The notes beneath the pieces were generated by a model, which ran no database searches, was not told the DNA's origin, and saw nothing but the letters and a program-made list of their open reading frames with translations. Position numbers and translations under genes: made by a program. A stretch of DNA of 47,661 bases from positions 1 through 47,661 of the forward strand of contig PAEL01000017.1 of assembly GCA_002700775.1 (NCBI GenBank). Reading direction: 5' to 3'. The stretch comes from Gammaproteobacteria bacterium. Lineage in GTDB: Bacteria > Pseudomonadota > Gammaproteobacteria > Pseudomonadales > Pseudohongiellaceae. Below, one piece after another: positions 17,840-29,057 of this stretch (positions are counted from its first letter, which is position 1; each line of letters starts with the position of its first letter).

Positions 17840-18196
17840 ATGTCTACCACACGGCTTGTTTTTAGCACTGCATGCGACAATCGCTGCAAAAAATGTGGAA
17901 AAGCGCTCAAAAAATGCCGATGCATTGCAAGCAGTCAACTTAAGACAAAAGCCCCTAATCAAACCATCAAAATCCAGTACGAAAAAAAAGGAAGAAAGGG
18001 GAATGGTGTTTGCGTTATTACAAACTTAACGTTACCTTCGGCGGAGCTGAAAACGTTGGCCAAAGAGCTGAAAACGAAGTGTGGATCTGGTGGTAGCATT
18101 AAGGATCAACAAATAGAAATTCAAGGAGATCATCGCGAGATTATCAAAGCGGCCTTGGAAGAAAAACAATACAAGGTGAAGATAGCGGGTGCATAA
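17840..18196 (+). CDS. yciH: SUI1/eIF1-family translation initiation factor-like protein (YciH)
   Basis: 118 aa. GRKGNGVCVITNL..LKTLAKELKTKCGSGGSIKDQQIEIQGDHRE aligns with E. coli YciH. The N-terminus carries a Cys cluster, CDNRCKKCGKALKKCRC. Confidence 0.85.
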   Translation: MSTTRLVFSTACDNRCKKCGKALKKCRCIASSQLKTKAPNQTIKIQYEKKGRKGNGVCVITNLTLPSAELKTLAKELKTKCGSGGSIKDQQIEIQGDHREIIKAALEEKQYKVKIAGA

Positions 18197-18211
18197 CCCA
18201 ACTGCAGGTCT

Positions 18212-19747
18212 CTACAACAACTCAGTGTTAATATCAGCGATCTGATTTTCTTTAGAAGCCTCTCCAAGCTTGTTTTGACCTTGTTTCGCCATATCATTAC
18301 GCTGATTTTTCAACCGTTCCAAGTAAGTTTCATCTACATCCCCGGTAATGTATTCCCCATTAAAAACGGAGCACTCAAACTCAGAAATATCGGGGTTGCC
18401 CTCTGACGCTGCAGCAATTAAATCTTGTAAATCCTGGTATATTAACCAATCTGCACCGATCGCTTTTTCGACCTCTTCTTCGGAACGCCCTGCAGCTATT
18501 AACTCATTTGCTGACGGCATGTCTATTCCATAAACATTAGGGTAGCGTATAGCGGGCGCTGCTGATGCGAAATAAACTTTACTAGCGCCGGCATCTCTAG
18601 CCATCTGAATTATTTGCTTACAAGTTGTTCCTCGAACAATCGAATCATCGACTAAAAGCACATTTTTCCCACGAAACTCTAACTCAATCGCGTTAAGTTT
18701 TTGTTTCACACTCTTACGACGCTGGCTTTGACCCGGCATTATAAAAGTTCTTCCGATATATCGATTTTTTACGAAACCTTCTCTGTACTTAATACCAAGT
18801 CGATTAGCTAACTCTAGCGCAGAGGTTCTGCTCGTATCCGGCACTGGAATAACGACATCGATGTCATTTTGCGGGCGGAGAGCAATCAGCTTATCTGCCA
18901 ACTTCTCACCCATCCTGAGCCTTGCTTTATATACAGATATCGCATCCATCATCGAGTCAGGCCGCGCAAAATACACGTGCTCGAAAATACACGGGGCATG
19001 ACGGGACGACTCGGTGCAGATTTTTGAGTGAAGCATGCCATTCAAGTCAATATAAACAGCTTCACCAGGAGCAATATCTCTCTCTATGACAAAGCCTTGA
19101 GAAATAAGTGCCACACTTTCCGAAGCTATCATATATTCACGCTTATCAGTCGACGGATCATCTCTATACCCAAATACCAATGGCCGAATACCATTTATGT
19201 CCCTAAACCCAACTATGCCGTACCCTGTCAACATTACTACTGCTGCGTAACCGCCTCGACATCTATTATGCACCCCACTCACAGCTGAAAAAACATCGTC
19301 AGGCAGAGGCTCTATCTTTTTGTTTTGTTGTAATTCATGCGCAAAAACGTTCAACAATACTTCCGAATCTGAATCAGTATTGATGTGTCGCAAATCTTCT
19401 TTAAAGAGGTCACGAGCGATGTCCTTAGTATTCGTGAGATTGCCATTATGAGCTAGCGCCAATCCATACGGTGAGTTCACATAGAATGGTTGCGCAAGTG
19501 CCGGACTAGAACTGCCCGCGGTGGGATACCGCACGTGACCAATACCCATCTGGCCTTTCAGTCTTCTCATATGACGGGTTCTAAATACATCTTTTACTAA
19601 TCCATTATCTTTTCTAAGATTCAGCTTTCCGTTATCACATGTCATTATACCGGCTGCATCTTGTCCCCGATGTTGCAGAATTGTAAGCGTGTCGTATATA
19701 CATACTCCAACATCATTCTCCGAAACCACTCCAACTAAACCACACAT
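18212..19747 (-). CDS. purF: amidophosphoribosyltransferase
   Basis: 511 aa. N-terminal nucleophile MCGLVGV and PRPP-binding motif [13 protein letters not shown]. Confidence 0.95.
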   Translation of the reverse strand: MCGLVGVVSENDVGVCIYDTLTILQHRGQDAAGIMTCDNGKLNLRKDNGLVKDVFRTRHMRRLKGQMGIGHVRYPTAGSSSPALAQPFYVNSPYGLALAHNGNLTNTKDIARDLFKEDLRHINTDSDSEVLLNVFAHELQQNKKIEPLPDDVFSAVSGVHNRCRGGYAAVVMLTGYGIVGFRDINGIRPLVFGYRDDPSTDKREYMIASESVALISQGFVIERDIAPGEAVYIDLNGMLHSKICTESSRHAPCIFEHVYFARPDSMMDAISVYKARLRMGEKLADKLIALRPQNDIDVVIPVPDTSRTSALELANRLGIKYREGFVKNRYIGRTFIMPGQSQRRKSVKQKLNAIELEFRGKNVLLVDDSIVRGTTCKQIIQMARDAGASKVYFASAAPAIRYPNVYGIDMPSANELIAAGRSEEEVEKAIGADWLIYQDLQDLIAAASEGNPDISEFECSVFNGEYITGDVDETYLERLKNQRNDMAKQGQNKLGEASKENQIADINTELL

Positions 19748-19780
19748 AAAAGCCTCTCTATTTAAAAATCTTACCGATTA

Positions 19781-20275
19781 TCAAATAATCTCGGGTTGTG
19801 AAAAATCAAATGTCTCGGCGTATTGAATAAATATTAATTGGGAGAGATCGTCAACATAAGGTAGGATTTTTGACGCCATCCAGAAATCGCTTCCACTGAC
19901 GAAAGGGCGAGCTACAAAAGTCAAAATTAAAACGATCAAAGCCCCGCGCGCCAGTCCAAACAACACCCCAAGACCACGATCAATTAGCATCAGTCCGGTC
20001 AAAACAAGAAACTTCTGGCTAACAAAAATAACGAGCGCCCCAAGCATTAATACAACAACAAATAAGCAACAAACAGCAAAAAAATATCTCGCTCCCGCGT
20101 TATCTAAAACGGAAGTAAGCGCTTCCGCAAGCAAAGCTCCATAGGACTGTGCGATTACAACAGCAAGCACAAGAAATAATAAAGATAGAAGCTCTCGCAC
20201 CATGCCTCGCCAAGCACCAATTATGCTTGAAATTGCGAGTATTGAGAAAATTAAAACATCTATCCAGCTCATCAA
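19781..20275 (-). CDS. cvpA: colicin V production protein CvpA (inner membrane)
   Basis: 164 aa. N-terminus WIDVLIFSILAISSIIGAWRGMVRE matches E. coli CvpA, with four transmembrane helices. Conserved position upstream of purF. Confidence 0.85.
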   Translation of the reverse strand: MMSWIDVLIFSILAISSIIGAWRGMVRELLSLLFLVLAVVIAQSYGALLAEALTSVLDNAGARYFFAVCCLFVVVLMLGALVIFVSQKFLVLTGLMLIDRGLGVLFGLARGALIVLILTFVARPFVSGSDFWMASKILPYVDDLSQLIFIQYAETFDFSQPEII

Positions 20276-20299
20276 AGGTTATCCCAATCCCTCTTCGAG

Positions 20300-20866
20300 T
20301 TATAAACTCTCTAATTCGTAGCGTTTAATTAGTCCCAGAACTTGGTATTTTTGATTTAATTCTTCTCTAAAGGCTTCCACTCTATTCCGATCTAACCAGG
20401 GGCCGACAAAGATTGTCATTCGACCCCCGTTTTCACTCGAAGATTTCCTACTGTAGGCCTTATAGCCGTCCGAAATGAGCTGCAAGCGCAGTCTTTCTCC
20501 ATTACTAAAATTCGAAAAAACACCCATTTGAATTACAAAACCCTCAGGAAGGCCTTCAGAACTCAATGAGGGGGTTTCGTCGATTGCTTCGATTGGAATT
20601 ATAACAGCGGCTTCGTTAGACACTTTGTTTTGGGGCAGTTCTGCACTCGGATTTTTCCGCGATGATAATTCCGGAGTATCCACGCTACCGCCCCGAATCT
20701 GGGGTATGACTTGAATCGGCGGATCTATTTTTTCTAAAAGTGGGCGTTCAGGAATCCGCTCAATCACAGCAATAGAGCTGTAACCCCCGCCCCCATCGAA
20801 AATCAAGATCATCATGGTGCTGGCTATAACTAAGACTACCAAGCCGCCTATTAATCTCTGCCTCAT
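20300..20866 (-). CDS. dedD: SPOR domain protein (DedD-like cell-division protein)
   Basis: 188 aa. N-terminal transmembrane helix, a linker, and a C-terminal SPOR-like segment (FVIQMGVFSNFSNGERLRLQL..YKAY..IFVGPW). Conserved position between folC and cvpA. Confidence 0.65.
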   Translation of the reverse strand: MRQRLIGGLVVLVIASTMMILIFDGGGGYSSIAVIERIPERPLLEKIDPPIQVIPQIRGGSVDTPELSSRKNPSAELPQNKVSNEAAVIIPIEAIDETPSLSSEGLPEGFVIQMGVFSNFSNGERLRLQLISDGYKAYSRKSSSENGGRMTIFVGPWLDRNRVEAFREELNQKYQVLGLIKRYELESL

Positions 20867-20899
20867 GCTTTTCAGAACTCTTATCTCTCAGAACGTAAA

Positions 20900-22240
20900 T
20901 TATACCAGCCCAGCGGAAGAAACACTCAAATTTCGTACTGCCGATACTGTTAAAAAAGAACCAGTCACAACTACCACAGAGTTAGGACTAGAGTTTGTTT
21001 TTGCACAAGCGCCCAAATAAGCATTTTCTACAGAGTCGTAAGTACAGACACAAACATCTGTAAATAGTGTTTTTAAAGACTTCTCAAGTGAGGATACCGA
21101 CAGACAACGTTCATTGTCTACTTCTCCAATATGCCATTCTGAAACTTCACTTCCAAATGCATGCAAAAACTCAATGACTCGTTTGTCAGCCATTATTGCC
21201 AGAACCACAACAACCTTGTGTCCAAATTGTACGACATTCATCAATTCCTTGTTTAATATCTCAGCCGCACCTTGATTATGAGCAACATCTAAAAGAATCG
21301 GAGTTTTGGTTTTTTTATCCTTTCGCCATTCAGCACGGCCAGCGAGTTGAAGAGTTGTTAATAAATTGCGCTGAGCTTCCAAATTTACCGAAAAGCCCCA
21401 AGAAAAAGCCACTGAATACAAAACCTGCATAGCGACCGCAACGTTATCCAACAGTAATTTGGGTGACGGTAGATCGCTTATTGTTTCAATATTTTTTGGC
21501 TTATTGGACGTCTCGGTAAAACCGTGCCAGCTCCAACACTCACCCTCTCTCTCCCACCAGAAATGCTGCCCTAAGCAAAGTGGGGTCAATCCAAGATCTT
21601 CAGCTTTCCTAAGCAAAGTTTGCGGAGGATCTCTATCACCAAAAATCGCCTGCGCTCCTGCTCGCAAAATACCAGCTTTTTCGGCCGCGATTGCCTCTCT
21701 ACCCTTCCCTAACCAGTCTTCATGGTCAATGCTAATATTTGTGACTACACAAATGTCGGCATCGATAATATTTACAGCATCCAACCGCCCGCCTAAACCA
21801 ACTTCCAGAATAACGGCATCGAGCTCCGTCCGAGCAAAAATCAAAAACCCTGCTAACGCCGTGAACTCAAAGTAACTAAGCTTAATATTTCCTCTTACTG
21901 ACTCGATTTCTGAAAAGACATAACACAGTTGTTCGTCATCTACCTCTGTCTGGTTTATCCGGAATCGTTCATTAAAACGATCAATATGCGGTGATGTGAA
22001 TGCTGCTACCCGCATTCCCTGCAGCAACAGCATCGCTTCAATCGCCGCAACGGTTGATCCTTTACCGTTGGTGCCAGCTACTGTTATGACTAGAGGGGCT
22101 AAACGGGCTACCTCAAAACGCGTGTAAACTGATAAAATTCTAGACAGCCCAAGATCAATCTCCCTTGGATTTATCTGAGAGATATACTCCAACCAATCTT
22201 TAAGCGAACTTTTTCTAGAGAGATTCAGACTTAATTCCAT
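20900..22240 (-). CDS. folC: bifunctional folylpolyglutamate synthase / dihydrofolate synthase
   Basis: 446 aa Mur-ligase-type protein with P-loop VAGTNGKGST and motifs FTSPH, LEVGLGGRLDA, ISIDH. Confidence 0.9.
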   Translation of the reverse strand: MELSLNLSRKSSLKDWLEYISQINPREIDLGLSRILSVYTRFEVARLAPLVITVAGTNGKGSTVAAIEAMLLLQGMRVAAFTSPHIDRFNERFRINQTEVDDEQLCYVFSEIESVRGNIKLSYFEFTALAGFLIFARTELDAVILEVGLGGRLDAVNIIDADICVVTNISIDHEDWLGKGREAIAAEKAGILRAGAQAIFGDRDPPQTLLRKAEDLGLTPLCLGQHFWWEREGECWSWHGFTETSNKPKNIETISDLPSPKLLLDNVAVAMQVLYSVAFSWGFSVNLEAQRNLLTTLQLAGRAEWRKDKKTKTPILLDVAHNQGAAEILNKELMNVVQFGHKVVVVLAIMADKRVIEFLHAFGSEVSEWHIGEVDNERCLSVSSLEKSLKTLFTDVCVCTYDSVENAYLGACAKTNSSPNSVVVVTGSFLTVSAVRNLSVSSAGLV

Positions 22241-22286
22241 TCACAGTAAGCACACAGGGTTCTTGTACTCATAAAAGATTGAGTTA

Positions 22287-23171
22287 CTAGACCGCGGCCT
22301 TAGAACCATTAACGGATCTATGGAAAAGCAACTTTGAGATCAAGCCTCCTATCCGAGGTCTTAGGTCTCGACGGTGCACGATCATGTCAACCGCTCCGTT
22401 TTCGAGTAAGAATTCACTTCGCTGAAAGCCATCGGGCAATTGGACTCTAACGGTCTGGCGAATTACATCAGGTCCCGTGAAACCGACGAGAGCATTTGGT
22501 TCAGCTATGTTGATGTCTCCAAGAATCGCCAAACTCGCAGAAACCCCACCATAAACTGGATCAACTAGCACCGAGATGTAGGGAAGTCTTTCAGATTTTA
22601 ATTTTTCAAGCGCAGCCGCAGTTTTAGCCATTTGCATTAGGGACAGAAGCGCCTCTTGCATTCTCGCCCCGCCACTAGTCGCAAAACAAACGAGAGGAGC
22701 TTTCGCTTTTATACAGTGATCACCAGCCATAACAAATTTTTGTCCGACAACGGCCCCCATAGAGCCCCCAATAAAATTAAATTCAAATGCCGCACAAACT
22801 ATTGGTTGACCAAGAAGTGTCCCATTCATTACGACGAGCGCGTCCTTCTCACCTGTGGCTTTTTGCGCTGCGGAGAGCCTATCTTTATATTTTTTCAAAT
22901 CTTTAAACTTAAGTAAGTCAACCGGCGCAAGCTCAGAAAATAACTCCGTTTGTGACTCAGAATCCAAAAAAAGATCGAGTCTCCGTCGCGCGGTTATTCG
23001 GATATGATGATCACACTTAGGACAAACATCGAAGTTTTGGCTAAGAGACTTTTCATAAAGCACTGCTTCGCAACGCGGACATTTTTTCCATACCCCTTCT
23101 GGAACTCCCGTTTTTTTCGCGTCCTTACTAGCATTAGAAATCGATGGTAAAATTTTATCTATCCAACTCAT
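22287..23171 (-). CDS. accD: acetyl-CoA carboxylase carboxyltransferase beta subunit
   Basis: N-terminus [28 protein letters not shown] (zinc ribbon) and GGSMG, close to E. coli AccD. Confidence 0.95.
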   Translation of the reverse strand: MSWIDKILPSISNASKDAKKTGVPEGVWKKCPRCEAVLYEKSLSQNFDVCPKCDHHIRITARRRLDLFLDSESQTELFSELAPVDLLKFKDLKKYKDRLSAAQKATGEKDALVVMNGTLLGQPIVCAAFEFNFIGGSMGAVVGQKFVMAGDHCIKAKAPLVCFATSGGARMQEALLSLMQMAKTAAALEKLKSERLPYISVLVDPVYGGVSASLAILGDINIAEPNALVGFTGPDVIRQTVRVQLPDGFQRSEFLLENGAVDMIVHRRDLRPRIGGLISKLLFHRSVNGSKAAV

Positions 23172-23191
23172 AACATATCCTGATTGATGTT

Positions 23192-24004
23192 TTAAACCTG
23201 TAGGGCATCTCGCGCATCTCGTATCAACTTCGTCGCGGCCTCTACGTCCTCACTTGTCTCGTCGCCAGTAACAGAAAGCTTTCCAATCTCGCTAACTAAA
23301 GCACTGCCAATAATCACTCCGTCAGACATATCGCTCATCTTCAAAACGCTATCCACATCTTTGATACCGAAACCAATCACTACAGGTAGCTCTGTCAAAG
23401 TTCGTAATTCACTCACCCGAGTTCGAATTGCATTCGCATCGATTAGCGCGCCACCGGTCACGCCTTTGAGTGATACATAGTAGAGATATCCAGAGCAAAC
23501 TTCCGTTATCAGTTTAGCTCTTTCAATTCCGGTCGTCGGTGCTACTAAGAATATCGTATCAATGTCCACATCCCTCAAGCGTTGGCGAAGATCAAAGGAC
23601 TCAGCAGGCGGCATATCCACAACAAGCACACCATCAACATCAGCCTTCGAAACTTCTTTAGTGAACTCCTCGTAGCCCATTAATTCAATCGGATTTAAGT
23701 AACCCATAAGCACGACCGGCGTTGCGGAATTTTTAGCCCTAAACTTTTTCATCAATTCACAAACATCAGTCAAAGATGTTCCAGACGCAATCGCTCTTTC
23801 AGCGCCAAGTTGTATTACTGGACCATCAGATGACGGATCACTGAAGGGGATACCCAATTCGATGATATCAGCTCCATCTTTTACAAGTTGGTGCATTAGC
23901 TTTTCAGTAGCACTTAAATTCGGATCGCCCGCAACAAGGTATGGTATCAAAAGCTTTTGTCCATTTATCGCGGCTCTTTTAGTGACTTCACTTAATCTAC
24001 TCAT
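23192..24004 (-). CDS. trpA: tryptophan synthase alpha chain
   Basis: 270 aa with motifs [42 protein letters not shown]. Confidence 0.95.
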   Translation of the reverse strand: MSRLSEVTKRAAINGQKLLIPYLVAGDPNLSATEKLMHQLVKDGADIIELGIPFSDPSSDGPVIQLGAERAIASGTSLTDVCELMKKFRAKNSATPVVLMGYLNPIELMGYEEFTKEVSKADVDGVLVVDMPPAESFDLRQRLRDVDIDTIFLVAPTTGIERAKLITEVCSGYLYYVSLKGVTGGALIDANAIRTRVSELRTLTELPVVIGFGIKDVDSVLKMSDMSDGVIIGSALVSEIGKLSVTGDETSEDVEAATKLIRDARDALQV

Positions 24005-24043
24005 AAACTTTATTCTTTTCCTAAATGCAAAGTCATGCCCTAA

Positions 24044-25282
24044 CTAGAGGGTGATTCCTTCAAGCCGAGCTACCGTCTCAATATCTTTATCGCCCCTACC
24101 CGACATATTAACAACAATATTTTGATCTGATCGCATGGCCGACGCGAGCTTCAATGCATAAGCCACTGCATGACTGGATTCTAATGCCGGAATAATACCC
24201 TCGAGTTGAGTCGTTTCATGAAAGGCTTGCATGGCCTCCTTATCGGTCGCCGCGACATACTTAACGCGCTTCATATCCTTCAGCCACGAATGTTCCGGAC
24301 CCACTCCCGGATAATCCAAACCCGCCGAAACTGAATGCGTTTCCATAATCTGTCCATTCGGATCAGCCATTAAATAAGTTCTGTTTCCATGCAAAACACC
24401 GGGAGACACGTCATCCGCGCTCAGTGGCGCAGCATGCCTCCCAGTTTCAAGACCATCACCCCCAGCCTCAACTCCATACATGAAAACCTCTGCATCTTTT
24501 AAAAACGGATGAAACATGCCAATGGCATTTGAGCCACCGCCAACACATGCAACCAACGCGTCAGGAAGCTTTCCGAACTGATCTAGCGCCTGCTTTCTTG
24601 TCTCCCTCCCGATGACGCATTGAAAATCTCGGACAAGGAGAGGATATGGATGCGGCCCCGCAACAGTGCCTATAATGTAGTAGGTATTATCAACATTCGT
24701 TGCCCAATCACGTAACGCTTCATTCATTGCATCTTTTAATGTCCGCGAGCCGGATTCAACAGACACCACGGTTGCACCCAAAAGCTTCATCCGATAGACG
24801 TTCGGCGCTTGCCTTTGAATATCTTCCGCGCCCATGTAAATAAAACAATCCAAGCCTAATCGAGCCGCAACCGTAGCTGTTGCGACGCCATGCTGACCCG
24901 CGCCAGTTTCGGCAATAATACGAGTCTTCCCCATTCTTTTGGCGAGCAATGCTTGCCCTATCGTATTGTTCACCTTGTGAGCGCCTGTATGATTAAGGTC
25001 TTCACGCTTCAGAAAAATCTTTGCGCCCTTTGCTAAACTGGTCAATCGGGCCGCAAAATATAAGGGAGAGGGTCTACCAACATAGTGATTTAAGTCATAA
25101 TCATACTCTTCCCAAAACGCCGAATCTTTAGACGCTTCTTCATATACTCTGGCAAGTTCTTCAACCGCAGAGATAAGAGTCTCACCGACGAACACACCAC
25201 CATAAGGTCCAAAGTGACCGAGCTCATCTGGACCCTCCAGGTCTTGCTGGGGGATACTTGGATTAGAATTCTGATCAAACAC
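24044..25282 (-). CDS. trpB: tryptophan synthase beta chain
   Basis: 412 aa. PLP-lysine motif [11 protein letters not shown] plus [31 protein letters not shown]. Confidence 0.95.
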   Translation of the reverse strand: MFDQNSNPSIPQQDLEGPDELGHFGPYGGVFVGETLISAVEELARVYEEASKDSAFWEEYDYDLNHYVGRPSPLYFAARLTSLAKGAKIFLKREDLNHTGAHKVNNTIGQALLAKRMGKTRIIAETGAGQHGVATATVAARLGLDCFIYMGAEDIQRQAPNVYRMKLLGATVVSVESGSRTLKDAMNEALRDWATNVDNTYYIIGTVAGPHPYPLLVRDFQCVIGRETRKQALDQFGKLPDALVACVGGGSNAIGMFHPFLKDAEVFMYGVEAGGDGLETGRHAAPLSADDVSPGVLHGNRTYLMADPNGQIMETHSVSAGLDYPGVGPEHSWLKDMKRVKYVAATDKEAMQAFHETTQLEGIIPALESSHAVAYALKLASAMRSDQNIVVNMSGRGDKDIETVARLEGITL

Positions 25283-25913
25283 TTTTTACTCCTTCTATAA
25301 AACACTTCATTTTATATAAATCTTTTTTCCCCGCGCTGACTTCAACTCCACTACTGACATCGACTCCGAAGGGTCGAACCGTGCTTATAGCCTTTAGGAC
25401 ATTTAAGTCAGTAAGCCCTCCCGCCAATACCGTCTTTCTTAACTGAGATTCAGACAAGACTTTAGTCAAATCCCAATCGAATGTCTGCCCGGTTCCTCCG
25501 ATCTCCCTGCGGCTATAGGCGTCCAGTAAAATCATATCGGCAGAATCATACTTTTTGAAAGCGTCCTTGATACTTTGCGAGTCCCTAACTCGACTAGCTT
25601 GAATCTGCGGCATCCCAAAACTGTTACAAAATTGTTGATCTTCATTTCCGTGAAACTGAAGTCGATCAATCAGACCAGTTTCAAGAACTTTCTCAACTTC
25701 TTCTCGTGTTGGATTAACAAAGAGCGCCACCCTATCCGCGTCGTTCCGTCCACTTTCGAGGATGGACCGTAATTTATCTGCATCAACGGCCCTTGGGCTT
25801 TTCTGAAAAAACACAAATCCTAATGCATCCGCACCACAATTCATTGCACTTTCTGCATCCTCGGCAGTAGTTATTCCGCATATTTTGATCCAGATTTTCC
25901 TATCTTGCGCCAT
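25275..25913 (-). CDS. trpF: phosphoribosylanthranilate isomerase
   Basis: Motifs [21 protein letters not shown]. 8-nt overlap with the trpB start. The start at 25913 ([15 protein letters not shown]) is preferred by comparison with typical TrpF N-termini. The longest ORF reaches 25937. Confidence 0.85.
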   Translation of the reverse strand: MAQDRKIWIKICGITTAEDAESAMNCGADALGFVFFQKSPRAVDADKLRSILESGRNDADRVALFVNPTREEVEKVLETGLIDRLQFHGNEDQQFCNSFGMPQIQASRVRDSQSIKDAFKKYDSADMILLDAYSRREIGGTGQTFDWDLTKVLSESQLRKTVLAGGLTDLNVLKAISTVRPFGVDVSSGVEVSAGKKDLYKMKCFIEGVKSV

Positions 25914-25976
25914 AACTTCATTATACCTACTGAACATTCGAAAACTGTTTACCTATGCTCTTTTAAAACCAGCTCC

Positions 25977-26789
25977 CTATACAAATCCAGCCAAAACAGG
26001 CGGAGCGACTGGGCGCTCAGGTAGCGCGTATTTCGGAGAGTAAGAAACCCCAGTAAGGTACAAACCATGCGGAGGCGACGTGGCACCAGCTTTTGTCCTA
26101 TCTCTCTGCTCCAAGACAATTTTTACCCAAGAACTCGGGTAATCACCACGTCCGACCGCTATCAGGGTACCTGCGATGTTCCGCACCATATGCTGTAAAA
26201 ATGCGTTTGCGACCACGGTAATTACTACGTAATTACTTTTCCTGACTACAGATATCTTCTCTACGTTTCTATTCGGGCTGTTAGATTGGCAGCCGGCAGC
26301 TCGAAAAGAGGAAAAATCATGCTCTCCGACCAAAACCTGTGCCGCTTCGTGCATCGCCTCGGCCTTAAGCTTCCTCGCAATATGGGTCACAGTTCCATTT
26401 AGAAATACACTCGACATCTCGCAGTCTCGAATGACATACACATATCGCCGAGCGACAGCTGAAAACCGAGCGCTAAAATCAGCGGCAACCTGCCGCACCC
26501 ATAAAATCCGGATTGAACTTGGCAACTGACTATTGACCCCAACAGTCCAGGCTTTTGAGCCGCGATCGACGAAACTATCAAAATGCACTACCTGCTGAGT
26601 GGCATGTACCCCAGCATCAGTTCTTCCCGCACAAACAGTTAAGACTGATTCTCCAGCAACCTTAGATAACCCTTCCTCAACGATTTTTTGAATCGTAACC
26701 GGCGCAGTGGCACCTTGTCGCTGCCATCCGGAAAAATCCGACCCATTATATTCAAGACCCAAGGCAAACCTAGTGACACATTCACTCAT
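25977..26789 (-). CDS. truA: tRNA pseudouridine(38-40) synthase
   Basis: 270 aa. YNGSDFSGWQRQ and the catalytic Asp motif AGRTDAGVHA. Confidence 0.95.
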   Translation of the reverse strand: MSECVTRFALGLEYNGSDFSGWQRQGATAPVTIQKIVEEGLSKVAGESVLTVCAGRTDAGVHATQQVVHFDSFVDRGSKAWTVGVNSQLPSSIRILWVRQVAADFSARFSAVARRYVYVIRDCEMSSVFLNGTVTHIARKLKAEAMHEAAQVLVGEHDFSSFRAAGCQSNSPNRNVEKISVVRKSNYVVITVVANAFLQHMVRNIAGTLIAVGRGDYPSSWVKIVLEQRDRTKAGATSPPHGLYLTGVSYSPKYALPERPVAPPVLAGFV

Positions 26790-26799
26790 GTTCTACAAG

Positions 26800-27972
26800 C
26801 TACTCTTCTTTATCACGACCATCATCGGGTTCCAGCAGACCTTTCATAAGATTCTCAGCCTCAACCCTCTGAGAAGCATTCGCCACACCGACAACCTCAC
26901 CAAGAATTTTTCGCACACTTTCCATATCTCCCATTTTTGAGTAGGCATAAGCCAGTTCTAGTTTAGTTGCGATTTCATCTTCAGAAGCCTCATCATTAGA
27001 ATTCAATTCGGAATCGGGGTCTTCGATACCATACATCACCTCTTGATTTCCAAATTGAGTCTCTGATGCGGGCTTTTCATCCTCTTGGCTTATTTCCCCA
27101 CTAGGCGTCTGTAATTCAGGTTCAATGTTGGGTGAGAGACTAGCGCGTTTGTAAGACTCTCTACCTCCCACAGATGAGGCACGATTGTGCGTCGGCTCTG
27201 AATTGTGATCGTTTCCTCTTCGTCGCAACCACAACAAACTCAGAAGCGACACAACGACAACTCCGAGTATTAAGATAGCAAGCAAACCAGTCTCCGATTG
27301 AGCGCTCTGACTTTGCGGCGAAATACTATTTTCAGCGTTAAGCTTAGGAACAGCACTCAGGGAGGTGTCCTCATCGATTACCTTGATTTCATTTGCTGTT
27401 TTTAGTTGCAAATCTAACGATGCAATCTGCAACTTAAGCAAAGAGACCTCTTTATCAGTCTCATCGAGCCTAGTGGATACATTTGTAAGCCTGCGCGAGA
27501 GAGCGGCGTTTTCACTATCCTTGGCTCGTATCAGGAACTCAAGCTCAGCAATGCGAGAATCGAGAGCAACATTACGATCCATGAGCGCCAACACCTCTTC
27601 TGAGGCTTCTGAAGTTACTATTGAATAAAGTTCATTCTGTCGTCGAACCTCACCCATTGCCTCCCGCGGAGCCAATCTTAGTGCCTCAGATAAGGTGGGG
27701 CTCATAAGACGCACCCCGGCATAAAGCCCATTGATATTTCTTCGTTTGAAGGCGGTCGGATTTATTCTTTGATAAGCCAACATAACCTGCTGCGGACTCA
27801 CCTTTTCGCCTGAAAAAAGATTCTTCGAAAGGCTGTATAATGTATCGCCTCTTGCTACCTGCACAGACAGCGGCATCAATTGCTCGTTCAACGCTAAAAG
27901 ATTCCCACAAAGCGTTGATAAAAAAACAATCAATATCAAGAACCGAGGTGCTGATAAAAAGTATCGTCGCAT
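26800..27972 (-). CDS. FimV/HubP-like protein, short form (LysM-like N-terminus, coiled coil, TM, acidic region, FimV C-terminal motif)
   Basis: Signal/TM segment, then VARGDTLYSLSK..QVMLAYQRINPTAF..NINGLYAGVRL (FimV-type LysM), then a heptad-like region and transmembrane helix GLLAILILGVVVVSLLSLLWL. The C-terminus KLELAYAYSKMGDMESVRKILGEVV resembles the FimV C-terminal TPR-like motif. Position between asd and truA matches Pseudomonas fimV. Confidence 0.65.
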   Translation of the reverse strand: MRRYFLSAPRFLILIVFLSTLCGNLLALNEQLMPLSVQVARGDTLYSLSKNLFSGEKVSPQQVMLAYQRINPTAFKRRNINGLYAGVRLMSPTLSEALRLAPREAMGEVRRQNELYSIVTSEASEEVLALMDRNVALDSRIAELEFLIRAKDSENAALSRRLTNVSTRLDETDKEVSLLKLQIASLDLQLKTANEIKVIDEDTSLSAVPKLNAENSISPQSQSAQSETGLLAILILGVVVVSLLSLLWLRRRGNDHNSEPTHNRASSVGGRESYKRASLSPNIEPELQTPSGEISQEDEKPASETQFGNQEVMYGIEDPDSELNSNDEASEDEIATKLELAYAYSKMGDMESVRKILGEVVGVANASQRVEAENLMKGLLEPDDGRDKEE

Positions 27973-28037
27973 ATTATTTTATTCTTCCTCTTGGGAGGAT
28001 GCCTAAATGCACAGGCAATTAGCCACTGCGCTATCCA

Positions 28038-29057
28038 CTACAAATACTGCTTGATTAGCATTTCAGCTATCTGGATGGAATTAAGCGCAGCGCCCTTCCG
28101 GATGTTGTCAGACACTAGCCAAAAACTTATCCCGTTTTCAAGAGAAATATCTTTCCGAATTCGGCCCACATAAACCGGATTCGAATCAGCGGCTTCCGTA
28201 ACCGGGGTCGGATAACCACCACTTTCCCGTTTGTCCATAACCTCAACGCCTTCAGCTTGTTCCAGCAAATTGATCACGTCACTTAAATCCACAGGCTCAG
28301 AAGTCTCAATCTGCACCGCTTCAGAGTGCCCATAAAAAACAGGGACACGAGCACAAGTCGCGCTCACTAAAATGTTTGGATCGTCAAATATTTTCTGGGT
28401 CTCCCAAACCATCTTCATCTCTTCTTTTGTGTAGCCATTCTCCTGAAAAGCATCAATATGTGGAAGGACATTAAATGCGATCTGTTTCGGATACACCTTT
28501 GGCTCCACAGGCTGACCGTTTAGCAAAGCTGCGGTTTGTCCTGCAAGCTCCTCGATAGCGCTCTTACCACTGCCTGACACAGCCTGATAAGTAGCAATAT
28601 TTAGTCTCTTTATACCGAGCGCCTCATAAATCGGCTTTAAAGCAACCACTAAACCTATCGTAGAACAGTTCGGATTTGCGATAATGTTCCGCTGCGAAAA
28701 GTTAGCTAATGCCTTACCGTTAACCTCTGGCACAACGAGCGGGATGTCAGAGTCGTATCGAAAATGAGAGGTATTGTCGACGACGACGCAACCAGCTGCA
28801 GCAGCTTTTGGCGCGTATTCAGCTGAAACACTGCCACCCGCCGAAAATACACCAATGTGCGCTTGATTAAAATCAAACTCAGCAAGATCCGTCACCATGA
28901 TCGACTTATTACGAAACACTACCTTGGTGCCTGCCGACCGCTCACTCGCGAGCAAATATAACTCTCCGACCGGGAAGTCCCGCTCGTCAAGAATACTTAC
29001 CAACGCTTCTCCTACAGCCCCAGTAGCGCCAACGATTGCAACATTAAAAACATCCAT
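28038..29057 (-). CDS. asd: aspartate-semialdehyde dehydrogenase (approximately 340-aa form)
   Basis: Start at the internal ATG 29057 (MDVFNVAIVGATGAVG, Rossmann motif). The longer ORF would overlap leuD by 71 nt. Active-site Cys context IANPNCST, plus QAVSGSG. Confidence 0.9.
   Translation of the reverse strand: MDVFNVAIVGATGAVGEALVSILDERDFPVGELYLLASERSAGTKVVFRNKSIMVTDLAEFDFNQAHIGVFSAGGSVSAEYAPKAAAAGCVVVDNTSHFRYDSDIPLVVPEVNGKALANFSQRNIIANPNCSTIGLVVALKPIYEALGIKRLNIATYQAVSGSGKSAIEELAGQTAALLNGQPVEPKVYPKQIAFNVLPHIDAFQENGYTKEEMKMVWETQKIFDDPNILVSATCARVPVFYGHSEAVQIETSEPVDLSDVINLLEQAEGVEVMDKRESGGYPTPVTEAADSNPVYVGRIRKDISLENGISFWLVSDNIRKGAALNSIQIAEMLIKQYL

Noticed and set aside
17699-17962. 87-aa and 73-aa antisense ORFs across the batD/yciH junction
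   Set aside because: The region is locally GC-richer and gives open antisense frames. The ORFs have no recognisable motifs and overlap two well-supported sense genes.
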